From: Candidatus Omnitrophota bacterium
GTDB taxonomy: Bacteria > Omnitrophota > Gorgyraeia > Zapsychrales > Fredricksoniimonadaceae
DNA: 64,000 bases
Direction: 5' to 3'
NCBI GenBank assembly: GCA_015233145.1
Contig: JADFYI010000001.1
Location: 143,345 to 207,344 of the forward strand
The position numbers and the translations under genes were made by a program. Each line of letters begins with the position of its first letter. Position 1 is the stretch's first letter. The notes below the pieces were generated by a model that did no database searches, was not told the DNA's origin, and saw only the letters and a list, made by a program, of their open reading frames with translations. Shown here piece after piece: positions 45,701 through 52,993 of this stretch.

Positions 45701-46275
45701 TAAGGATCAAGCGGACCGTGTCCTTGCCGGAAGCGCCGTTTTTAATTTGCCCTAACCATGCCAGTTTTCTTGATGGGCTTATTATTTTTAACGCATTGCC
45801 GTTCAAGCTTGCCATCAAAACTTATTTCCTTGGTTATCAACATATTTTTGAGCATCCGCTGCTCAAATGGGCCAACCGCAGCGCGCGCCTTGTTTCAATT
45901 GACAACAGCCAGCATTTGAACGAAGCCATGCGTACAGCGTCCTATCTTCTCAAACAGGGGAAAATTGTGTGTGTTTTCCCCGAGGGGCAGCGTTCGATTG
46001 ATACTAATGTTGCCAAATTCAAGAAAGGCGCGGCTATTCTTATCAAAGAACTTGGTATTCCGGTCATCCCGGTTTATATTCAAGGCTCTCATCAGGCGTG
46101 GCCCCGCGGAAAATTTCTTCCGCGGATTTATCCTATCAAGGTGACGCTTGGTAAACCTTTGACGGCCGCAGACCTCGCTGAAAAAGGTAAGAAATTTTCA
46201 TCTGCCGATGAATACGACGCCATTGCCCAGGCATTACGGGAAGAAGTCCTCAAATTATCTTCTTCTGCTGAATAG
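42769..46275 (+). CDS. Four-domain fusion: alpha/beta-hydrolase (lysophospholipase/MGL-like) + acyl-CoA/ACP synthetase (AMP-binding) + carrier-protein domain + PlsC-type acyltransferase
   Basis: HGSLEHSSRY...GHGRSGG, GHSVGA (GxSxG) and MHGTADY. YTSGTTGQPKGVMLSH, GYGITETSP and the rest of the AMP-binding core. LGIDSLTRIEL (phosphopantetheine Ser). A TM stretch, then NHASFLDG (HX4D) and FPEGQRS. GTG start. Confidence 0.8.
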   Translation: MQHQQGQFQSFDGLSLFYQSWKPAQEPRAVIVIIHGSLEHSSRYNDIASHLVNQGYAVYAFDMRGHGRSGGERVFIRSFETIYQDVDAFLDYVRKEEPKGKIFLLGHSVGAAITVAFLITRTPTIAAGAILSAPPLKNNSSVPFPVQILTSACAFFFPRLKLYKLNSKLVSRDRAVIASYDNDPLVYKDGICAATLQAFIHNNRMIQKQMERLTTPFLVMHGTADYLSDMAGSQELFARASATDKTIKLFDNFYHELFNEPGREKVFDEVARWIELRLGNEAFHETEFLIPDKFENTARQFPLRIAFQYQEGGEWRYITYQELLTSVVKIAGFLLKQGLGQGDCTAIVLENRPQWPMVYLGALKAGLTCVPIDPHLSPEEIKNLLINSASKALFCSYELWTQLNNAGLPASLSRTIVLDAEGDISQKFMPFTAIDEASGDILHWPKISSNEIASLLYTSGTTGQPKGVMLSHKNICANFHSINKLNLYYPSDNVLALLPLYHTYAFMVTLITPLFLGGRVTFCPSGFKPEDLAGIIRESEVSLLIGIPRVFALFLSAILEKLKPVPSFLRSLVVPLIRHELRQKFGKWLRLFVSGGARLEAETSRDITKYFGLKILNGYGITETSPVVTLTRPDRIRFGTVGTPIPDVKIKILDPDKEGIGEILISGANVFKGYFKQPELTTQAIENSWFHSNDLGFIDKDGNLHIAGRKNDVIILASGKNIYPEELDEYYGRSPFIKEICTITREEKVFGHNKEVLFAVIVPNLDYFKKINETNINDKIRWELENMGKALPAYKHLMGFALTTTEFPRNALRKIKRFEVRNQFHDALHQVDANSAQASEGLDLNETATAKKTIEYISSQVSRPVTQKSHLEIDLGIDSLTRIELALGLEAIFKIKIPEKAIYQVATIKDLIELVSSLRQEASAVSSLEKEDWIKTLLKQPDDETLAKIELKTGFFEYILTGFFKIFYAFWFKILWFLRIKRTVSLPEAPFLICPNHASFLDGLIIFNALPFKLAIKTYFLGYQHIFEHPLLKWANRSARLVSIDNSQHLNEAMRTASYLLKQGKIVCVFPEGQRSIDTNVAKFKKGAAILIKELGIPVIPVYIQGSHQAWPRGKFLPRIYPIKVTLGKPLTAADLAEKGKKFSSADEYDAIAQALREEVLKLSSSAE

Positions 46276-46330
46276 TCCTTCTATTCAAATCCATCTTTTC
46301 GAGCTAAAATATGATCAGGAGGTGATCAAT

Positions 46331-46699
46331 ATGATCACCCAGGAACATAGACAATGGCAAAGGATCCCGGTGATTTTTGAAGCCAAATACCGCGATAAAG
46401 ATAAAACCTTTACCCCATATCACAGGGCAGACCTTGTGGATATCCACCATCAGGGCTGCCGTCTTGTGGGTGCCACTCAGTTCAAACGGGGGGAGATTGT
46501 TTCTGTTTTAGTTCATCTTCCTCCTGAAGGGCCGCTGCATTTCGAAGCAGTGGCGGCGTGGTCTGCGCCAGTCTATAAGGATGAGGCTTTTGTGACAGGC
46601 GTGTGCTTTTTGACTGAAAATCCTTTTGCCGAGGATACTTACCTAAAGCTTTTTCATTTTTGCCTTTTAAACATGCCGAGGCGAAATGATATTCTTTAA
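46331..46699 (+). CDS. PilZ-like domain protein (partly degenerate motif)
   Basis: RQWQRIPV (RxxxR) and DIHHQGCRL (DxSxxG with Ser replaced). The start is set at ATG 46331, behind an AGGAGG RBS. The longer ORF from 46208 overlaps the preceding gene. Confidence 0.5.
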   Translation: MITQEHRQWQRIPVIFEAKYRDKDKTFTPYHRADLVDIHHQGCRLVGATQFKRGEIVSVLVHLPPEGPLHFEAVAAWSAPVYKDEAFVTGVCFLTENPFAEDTYLKLFHFCLLNMPRRNDIL

Positions 46700-46775
46700 G
46701 CTTTCTTAGGAAGGCGGGGGAATTTTTATGGTAAAGTATGTAGAATGAATTTAACAATTAACCGGAATAAGAAGA

Positions 46776-48287
46776 ATGCCTATCTCTGACGGACATAATA
46801 TTGATCTTAATGCCATTGCCCGGGACGCCATGCGGCGTTACGGTTTTGAACCTGAATTTTCGCCTGCTGTTATTCAGGAGGTCAAGCTTCTTCGCGAAGA
46901 CCTTTTGGTGAGCCGTGCCCAAGAAAATCTTCGTGATTTGCAGGACCTTCTATGGTCGTCCATTGATAACGCTGACTCGCTCGACCTTGATCAATTGGAA
47001 TACTGCGAACAAGGCCCCAGGCAGGAAATTCTTGTTAAAGTTGCTATTGCTGATGTGGACTTGTTTGTTCCCAAAGGCTCCAAAACCGACGACCATGCCG
47101 CCAATAACGGCAATTCTGTTTATACAGGTGTTGAGACTTTTCCCATGCTTCCGGAGCGTTTGTCAACCGACCTTTCTTCGCTTCGGACAGGCGCTCTTCG
47201 GATAGCCATTGTTGTTGAATTCGCAGTCCTTAAAGATGGAAGCATCCGCCAGGGGAAAATTTATCGGGCCAGGGTCATGAATAAGGCCAAGCTGGTTTAT
47301 GAAGAGGTTGGCGCCTGGCTTGAAGGCAAAGGCCCGGCCCCTGAGGTGTTGGGAAAAATTCCAGGCCTTTCGGAACAGCTTCGCTTACAGGATGAAGCGG
47401 CTGACCGGCTCAAGGCTTTTCGCATGGAGCAGGGCGCCCTTGAACTCGAAAGTTTGGAGACCCGGGCCGTGACAGAGGATGGTGTTGTGGTGGCCCTGGT
47501 GCTTCCTCAGGAAAGCCGTGCGCAGTATATCATTGAAAATTTTATGATCGCGGCCAACCGCACTGTCATGGACCGCATTGGCAAGGCTGACATCATGTCG
47601 ATTCAGCGCATTGTGCGGGTTCCTAAAAATTGGCCCGGGATCATCGAGGTCGCAGCATCTTTTCATATGAAGCTTCCCCTTGAGCCAAGCTCCAGAGAAC
47701 TTTCCAAATTCCTTATCAAGCGGAAGATCGCCGACCCCGTTACTTTTCCAGACCTTTCGTTAACCATTGTGAAACTTTTGGGCCCGGGAGAGTATGAAAT
47801 ATCTGAACCAGGGAAGCCCCCAGTGGGGCATTTTGGCCTTGCTATTACGGATTATACCCACGCAACAGCTCCCAACCGGAGATATGTTGATGTGATCATC
47901 CAGAGGCTTGTTAAAGCTGTTATTTCGGGCCAGCCGTGTCCTTATTCGCGCAAAGAATTGGTTGAACATGCAGCCTGGTGCACTGATCGTGACAAGTCTT
48001 CGAAGAAGGTGGAACGCTTCATGCGCAAGGTCGAGGCCGCAGTCCTTTTAACCGGCAGGATCGGTGAAGATTTTAACGGGATTGTAACCGGCGCTTCTGA
48101 AAAAGGCACGTATGTGCGGCTGATGGATCCGCCCGTGGAAGGCAAGGTTGTGCGCGGCGCCGAGAGAATGCGGGTGGGTGAGAAAGTGCGTGTGCGCCTG
48201 ACCGATCTTAATCCTTACGAGGGGCATATTGACCTTGCCCGTATTCGTGATGATGCAAAACCCATGAGGCGAAGCAGAAGAAAATGA
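46776..48287 (+). CDS. RNB-domain 3-prime-to-5-prime exoribonuclease (RNase II/R family, no N-terminal cold-shock domains) with C-terminal S1-like fold
   Basis: RNB motifs (SIDNADSLDLDQL, ANNGNSVYT, YTHATAPNRRYVDVIIQR) and a C-terminal FNGIVTGASEKGTYVRL...VRVRL. Confidence 0.8.
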   Translation: MPISDGHNIDLNAIARDAMRRYGFEPEFSPAVIQEVKLLREDLLVSRAQENLRDLQDLLWSSIDNADSLDLDQLEYCEQGPRQEILVKVAIADVDLFVPKGSKTDDHAANNGNSVYTGVETFPMLPERLSTDLSSLRTGALRIAIVVEFAVLKDGSIRQGKIYRARVMNKAKLVYEEVGAWLEGKGPAPEVLGKIPGLSEQLRLQDEAADRLKAFRMEQGALELESLETRAVTEDGVVVALVLPQESRAQYIIENFMIAANRTVMDRIGKADIMSIQRIVRVPKNWPGIIEVAASFHMKLPLEPSSRELSKFLIKRKIADPVTFPDLSLTIVKLLGPGEYEISEPGKPPVGHFGLAITDYTHATAPNRRYVDVIIQRLVKAVISGQPCPYSRKELVEHAAWCTDRDKSSKKVERFMRKVEAAVLLTGRIGEDFNGIVTGASEKGTYVRLMDPPVEGKVVRGAERMRVGEKVRVRLTDLNPYEGHIDLARIRDDAKPMRRSRRK

Positions 48288-48571
48288 TTACCAACAATGA
48301 CATCATGAAAAAACTCCGCGTTGCCTTGAAACTTAAGGATACGGATATTGTTCAGATCCTTAAGCTCGCTGCTTTTGAGATTTCAGAAACTGAGTTGTCC
48401 GCTTTTTTCCGCAGGGAAGATCACCCGCATTACAGGCCGTGCGGGGATCAGATTGTGAGGCGTTTTTTAGACGGTCTTATTATCCGCAATCGTGGGGTTC
48501 AGGATAGAAAAAGCCAGGCGCAGTCGCGGACCTCAACAAAAGATACGATAAGAGTTTATCGCGCAAATTAA
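48284..48571 (+). CDS. DUF1456 (YehS-like) protein
   Basis: ITNNDIMKKLRVALKLKDTDIVQIL...CGDQIVRRFLDGL resembles one repeat of E. coli YehS. It overlaps the RNB gene stop by 4 nt. Confidence 0.68.
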   Translation: MITNNDIMKKLRVALKLKDTDIVQILKLAAFEISETELSAFFRREDHPHYRPCGDQIVRRFLDGLIIRNRGVQDRKSQAQSRTSTKDTIRVYRAN

Positions 48572-48597
48572 GTTGGGGTGAGGTATAATTTTTTCAT

Positions 48598-49932
48598 ATG
48601 ATGATTCCTGCCCAAGAAAATAATTCTAAGCTCTCCAGAAAATTGAGGACAAAAACTCTGTCCTCTAAAAAAAGTGTTGAAAAGACGGACCAAGGGCGAC
48701 TTGAGGACCTGGTTGCTGACCTCAGTAAAACCCGCGATCATTTAACAAGAAAAATAGGGCGTCAGGCCGACAAGCTTGTCACACATGTTGAGCAATTAAG
48801 GCAGGGGGTGGATGGACAGGAGAAGTTAGAAGAACAGCTCCAGATTCGCACGAAAGCCATGGAGTCAACGGCAGATGGTATTTTTATTATTGATGCCCAA
48901 AAACCATTTTTTCCTGTGATCTACGCCAATCCGTCTTTTCAGGAGATGACAGGTTTTAGCCGAAAAGAGATTCTCAATAAAAATTATTTTTTGCTTTACG
49001 GAGTTGAAGCTGATCCCCGCGTCGTTGAGGAAATAAGGCACACCATGCTTCAGGGTAAAAATTTTCATGGAGAGATGCTCAACTTCCGCAAGAATGGCGA
49101 GAAATACTGGAACTTGTTACGCATTACTCCGGTGCGTGATGTGAGCGGGGCTGTCACTCATTATGTCGGGATTCAGACCGACGTTACCTTGATGCGGCAA
49201 AGGAACCTCGAAATCAAGGAGCAGCGTGAAGAACTCTTGCACGTCACACGGGTGGGAAAGCTCGCGGAGTTTGTTTCGTCGTTGGCCCATGAAATCAGCC
49301 AGCCGCTGACAGCCATTCTCTCTTACGCTCAAGCCGCTCAGCGGATGTTGGGCCAACGAGAGCCGGAACTGCATAAAATCCTTGATCATATCATTGATGA
49401 TGACCAGCGGGCGAGCGAGGTGATCCGCCGGTTACGATTGCTTTTAAAGAAAACCGAGCCTGAAATAAAAATTTTGGATATAAATGAGATTATTCATGAC
49501 ACTATCGGGCTTGTGGCAACGGATGTCACTATTAGAAACGATGTCCTTAAGATTCATCTTGAAAAAAGTCTTCCGCATATTTACGGCGACCGGATACAGC
49601 TGCAACAGGTGCTCTTAAACCTTATCAGCAATAGTTTCGATGCAATGGAGAGCAGCCGGAACTCTCGTGAAATGATGATCACGACTGCACTTCAAGATAA
49701 GGATACGATCATTGTATCGGTTAAAGATTCCGGATGCGGGATCATTGCAGAGAATATCCCTAAGCTGTTCACGCATTTCTTTACCAGTAAGCCTGATGGT
49801 TTGGGTATGGGATTATCCATCAGCCGTTCCATTATCGAGGCGCATGGCGGCCGGCTGGAGGTTTTGAATAATCCTGATCGCGGCGCAACTTTTTATTTCA
49901 CGCTTCCTGTCAAAAGAAACGACGCCCTATGA
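48598..49932 (+). CDS. Cytoplasmic PAS-domain sensor histidine kinase (FixL/NtrB-like class)
   Basis: No TM. Coiled coil, then a PAS domain (DGIFIIDAQ...YANPSFQEMTGFSRKEI...NFRKNGEKYWN). H-box LAHEISQPL, N/G boxes LISNSFDAM, DSGCGI and GLGMGLSISRSI. Confidence 0.85.
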   Translation: MMIPAQENNSKLSRKLRTKTLSSKKSVEKTDQGRLEDLVADLSKTRDHLTRKIGRQADKLVTHVEQLRQGVDGQEKLEEQLQIRTKAMESTADGIFIIDAQKPFFPVIYANPSFQEMTGFSRKEILNKNYFLLYGVEADPRVVEEIRHTMLQGKNFHGEMLNFRKNGEKYWNLLRITPVRDVSGAVTHYVGIQTDVTLMRQRNLEIKEQREELLHVTRVGKLAEFVSSLAHEISQPLTAILSYAQAAQRMLGQREPELHKILDHIIDDDQRASEVIRRLRLLLKKTEPEIKILDINEIIHDTIGLVATDVTIRNDVLKIHLEKSLPHIYGDRIQLQQVLLNLISNSFDAMESSRNSREMMITTALQDKDTIIVSVKDSGCGIIAENIPKLFTHFFTSKPDGLGMGLSISRSIIEAHGGRLEVLNNPDRGATFYFTLPVKRNDAL

Positions 49933-50546
49933 GCAACAAGCCTGTTATCTATATTGTTGATGATGATGCTTCTGTGCAGAGAGCGCTGTCCTTATTATTA
50001 AAAGCCCATGGATTTCGAATTGAAACGTTTTCCTGCGCCGCAGAATTTTTAGCTTTTAAGCATTTTAAGGGTTCATCATGCCTGCTTTTGGATGTCCGCC
50101 TCCCGGATTTAAACGGGCCTGTGCTTCAGAGTGTTATGAATGACCGGAAATTGGATATCCCGATTGTTTTTATTTCCGGACACGGGAGTATCCCTATAGG
50201 CATCAAAGCAATGAAAGAAGGCGCTGTTGATTTTCTTCCCAAACCTTTTACTGAAAAAGACCTTTTAAATGCCATTCAACTCGCGATCGCAAAAAGTAAA
50301 GTTCACAATAAAGAAAACATTGAAATAACAAAGATTATGGAACGTATAAAGACCCTTAGTCCCAGGGAACTGGAAGTGTTCCATTGCGTTGCCCAGGGCA
50401 TGCTTAATAAACAAATTGCTTTAAAGCGCGGGACAGCGCTGCAAACGATCAAGGTTCACCGCAGCCGGGTCATGCACAAGATGCAGGCCAGGACCGTAAC
50501 TGAACTTATTCATTTTGCCAAAAAAGCAGGCATTGTTTCTTCCTGA
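49929..50546 (+). CDS. Response regulator, FixJ/NarL (REC + LuxR-type HTH)
   Basis: IVDDD, LLDVRLPD and PKPF receiver residues. C-terminal LSPRELEVFHCVAQGMLNKQIA helix-turn-helix. It overlaps the kinase stop. Confidence 0.9.
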   Translation: MSNKPVIYIVDDDASVQRALSLLLKAHGFRIETFSCAAEFLAFKHFKGSSCLLLDVRLPDLNGPVLQSVMNDRKLDIPIVFISGHGSIPIGIKAMKEGAVDFLPKPFTEKDLLNAIQLAIAKSKVHNKENIEITKIMERIKTLSPRELEVFHCVAQGMLNKQIALKRGTALQTIKVHRSRVMHKMQARTVTELIHFAKKAGIVSS

Positions 50547-50694
50547 CCCCCCAATTTCTTCATTTTCCCTATATTATACCTTGGTTCAATTGTCTTTTTA
50601 CCCCCTAATTTTAGAATAACAACTGAAAGCCCTGGATTTTAGATCAATAAAGGGTTGGCCTGCTCTTATGAAGGCGTGAAACAAGGAGGTAGTT

Positions 50695-50847
50695 ATGGAT
50701 AATTGCGGTTATCAGTTGCGATGTTTGAATCATGACAATAAATGTCCAGAATGCAGGCATCAGCAGGAGAAACAAAATAAAGATTATCTGAACGATGTTT
50801 TTCGGATTTGGCCTCAAGGTAAAGAAGTTGACGAATCAGCTCGTTGA
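50695..50847 (+). CDS. Small Cys4 protein (50 aa), zinc-ribbon-like, unannotated sORF
   Basis: AAGGAGG sits 7 nt upstream of the ATG. Product MDNCGYQLRCLNHDNKCPECRHQQEKQNKDYLNDVFRIWPQGKEVDESAR. It is below the ORF-track cutoff. Confidence 0.4.
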   Translation: MDNCGYQLRCLNHDNKCPECRHQQEKQNKDYLNDVFRIWPQGKEVDESAR

Positions 50848-50965
50848 TAAAAAGCCATTTAATACCGTGGAATAATATGGAAAAAAATCAAGAAAAATTA
50901 GAATTTGCCAATTTCTATATTTTTTCAGAGATTTAAACTTGATTGAAAAGGAGATGTTATAGGAG

Positions 50966-51049
50966 ATGTTAACAATATATTTGTTGTCACAAGAGCCTGA
51001 AACAATTAGTACAACGACCACAACAACAAGTACAACTGTAAAACAGTAA
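50966..51049 (+). CDS. Candidate 27-codon sORF with a Thr/Ser run (MLTIYLLSQEPETISTTTTTTSTTVKQ)
   Basis: A GGAG precedes the ATG. The motif GGAGATGTTA is tandemly duplicated: the first copy opens ATG-TTA-TAG and the second opens this ORF. Eight Thr fall within a run of ten consecutive Ser/Thr codons, and all four Thr codons are used. Confidence 0.25.
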   Translation: MLTIYLLSQEPETISTTTTTTSTTVKQ

Positions 51050-51074
51050 AAGGCAATAAATAAAAGGAGGATTT

Positions 51075-51542
51075 ATGGATAAAGTCATTAAGAATTTAGA
51101 GAAAACAGCATACGTTTTAATTTGTTCTGTTTTAATTTTTCAGTTAACAGGGTGCGGAACCCTTATGTATCCTGAGCGCAGGGGACAAAAGTCCGGCCGT
51201 GTCGATGCTGGAGTTGCTATTTTAGACGGAGTGGGGCTCTTGTTTTTCTTGATTCCGGGTGTCATTGCCTATGCCGTTGATTTTAGCAATGGAACCATTT
51301 ATCTTCCCGGTGGATCCAGAAGTTCTTTGGATTTGAAAGACATCAAACAAGTGAAATTTGATCCCAAAAATAGCAACCTGGCAGACATTGAAAGAATCAT
51401 CAAGGAACAAACCGGCTATTCCGTAAAGATCGGCCAGTCGAACATGAAAATTAGCCAGTTAAAATCAACCAACGATATGATGATGCAGTTTGCTGAAAAT
51501 TTACCGGAAATACGGGATAACCGTCTTTCGTTAAGTCATTAA
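51075..51542 (+). CDS. Lipoprotein, unknown function
   Basis: AAAAGGAGG RBS and lipobox LTGC (VLIFQLTGCGT). One further hydrophobic segment. 155 aa. Confidence 0.6.
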   Translation: MDKVIKNLEKTAYVLICSVLIFQLTGCGTLMYPERRGQKSGRVDAGVAILDGVGLLFFLIPGVIAYAVDFSNGTIYLPGGSRSSLDLKDIKQVKFDPKNSNLADIERIIKEQTGYSVKIGQSNMKISQLKSTNDMMMQFAENLPEIRDNRLSLSH

Positions 51543-51555
51543 AAGGAGAGGTTCA

Positions 51556-51828
51556 ATGAGTACAGAAACGATATTGTTACTAATAATAATGTTTTTTATT
51601 ATCGGGATTTTACCAGCCTGGCCTTACAGCAAGCCCTGGGGGTATGCGCCAACAGGAGTTTTGACTGTTTTACTGATCATTTTTCTTGTCTGGGCTATTG
51701 GCGGAAACCGACCGCTTTTTAGGAACAGCACAGGCCAGGATCTTAAAACAACGGTTCAAGATGCAGGGCAAGACCTTAAATCAACGGGCCGTGACGTAGC
51801 GGATTCTATCAGGCGCAACGTGCAATAA
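51556..51828 (+). CDS. DUF3309-family small membrane protein with C-terminal extension
   Basis: LLLIIMFFIIGILPAWPYSKPWGYAPTGVLTVLLIIFLV matches the DUF3309 pattern (LPxWPYSxxWGYxP). Confidence 0.65.
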   Translation: MSTETILLLIIMFFIIGILPAWPYSKPWGYAPTGVLTVLLIIFLVWAIGGNRPLFRNSTGQDLKTTVQDAGQDLKSTGRDVADSIRRNVQ

Positions 51829-51839
51829 GGGAGAGCAAC

Positions 51840-52226
51840 ATGTTGAGATACGCAGTAAGATTAAAATCGATTTTTACCATTATTTTGGGGCTGTCATTGT
51901 TATGTTCAGGCGCATTGGCGCAAGGCCATAACGACCGGGGAGACCGCAGAGGAAATAACTGGAACGAAAACCGGGGAGATCAGTGGGGAAGAAATCAAGC
52001 GGACAACCGACAACGCTATCACTACCGCGATGGACGGTGGTATGGACGTGGTTGGTTTGGGTGGGAATTCCCTGTCGCCGCTCTCGCAGTCGGAGTGTTG
52101 GTCGATTCTCTGCCGCCAAATCATTCCACGATCGTTGTTGGGGACACTAACTACTATTATGATAATGCCAGATATTACAGGCAACTGCCTGATGGCGCTT
52201 ATGTTGTTGTTCCTTCTCCACGGTAG
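51840..52226 (+). CDS. Secreted Arg/Gly/Asn/Tyr-rich protein, unknown function
   Basis: Signal peptide (ILGLSLLCSGALAQG), a low-complexity RGD/RGN/W region, and a C-terminal VVGDTNYYYDNARYYRQLPDGAYVVVPSP motif. Confidence 0.55.
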   Translation: MLRYAVRLKSIFTIILGLSLLCSGALAQGHNDRGDRRGNNWNENRGDQWGRNQADNRQRYHYRDGRWYGRGWFGWEFPVAALAVGVLVDSLPPNHSTIVVGDTNYYYDNARYYRQLPDGAYVVVPSPR

Positions 52227-52276
52227 CTTGGAGCTTGAATTTTTGAAGTGTTAGCCCTTTAGTGAAGGGAGAAAAT

Positions 52277-52444
52277 ATGCTTATTAAACTTAAAAAAGCA
52301 TCCTTGATGTTAATTTATGTTCTTGTTCTTGCTCAATTAGGCGGGTGTGTGCTTGAAAGACGCCATCACCGGGGAGATGATGAGTCTCAAAGGCACCATG
52401 ACCAGGATCAAGGCCATGCGAATCTTGATATAAATATTCATTAA
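52277..52444 (+). CDS. Small His/Asp-rich lipoprotein (55 aa)
   Basis: Lipobox LGGC. Mature part VLERRHHRGDDESQRHHDQDQGHANLDINIH. ATG at 52277 is preceded by GAAGGGAG. Confidence 0.45.
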   Translation: MLIKLKKASLMLIYVLVLAQLGGCVLERRHHRGDDESQRHHDQDQGHANLDINIH

Positions 52445-52993
52445 TCCGAGCATTTAAATTTGCACGGAGCCGTTATCGGGGGATTGAGCAATGTAATTCC
52501 ATGAAAAGGATAATTTTTAATATTGTATGTTACCTGAAAAACTTGCCTTTGACTATTCAGTCTCCCAAGCCCTTCTCATTAAACTCATCGGAATTCCACA
52601 CCCATCCTGGTATTGGCAAAACACTAAGCAAGATTTGTGCATTGTTAACAAACGAGATCGCAGAAGTTTTGGCAACTCTTGAAAGCCATTTAAAATAAAA
52701 TATTTTAAAGCATGAATAAAGTGGAGAGAAGTCAATAAAAGTCGGAAGCGAAAAATTTTTATATTTTCAGATATGTCGATAATTATATTTAAAGGAAATA
52801 AACATGGAACATAATGAAGATCAAAAAAAGAACAACGATTTGTTTCTTGTCGCAGAAAATCATTATGGAGCCCATCAAGGTGATCAGGATTTGGATTGTT
52901 GGAGTGATTTATGGCAGTGTATCAAGGCCAAAGGCTCCCGATTTCTTCGATAAATGAGAAGAGCGCTGAAGTGTTTGGTTGTGGGAGCTGCTT

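Noticed and set aside
50836-51021. 61-aa minus-strand ORF
   Set aside because: It lies in AT-rich spacer antisense to the candidate sORFs. It has no SD and a low-complexity product.
50966-51074. The Thr-run sORF as a classical thr-operon attenuator
   Set aside because: Only 25 nt separate its stop from the next start, with no terminator/antiterminator hairpins. The downstream genes are envelope proteins, and the real thr genes are 35 kb away. It is kept only as an unexplained sORF.
52501-52735. A 65-aa plus-strand ORF and a 60-aa minus-strand ORF in the AT-rich gap
   Set aside because: They overlap each other, have no SD and have no recognisable features. The region is reported instead as a gene-poor interval worth transcript mapping.
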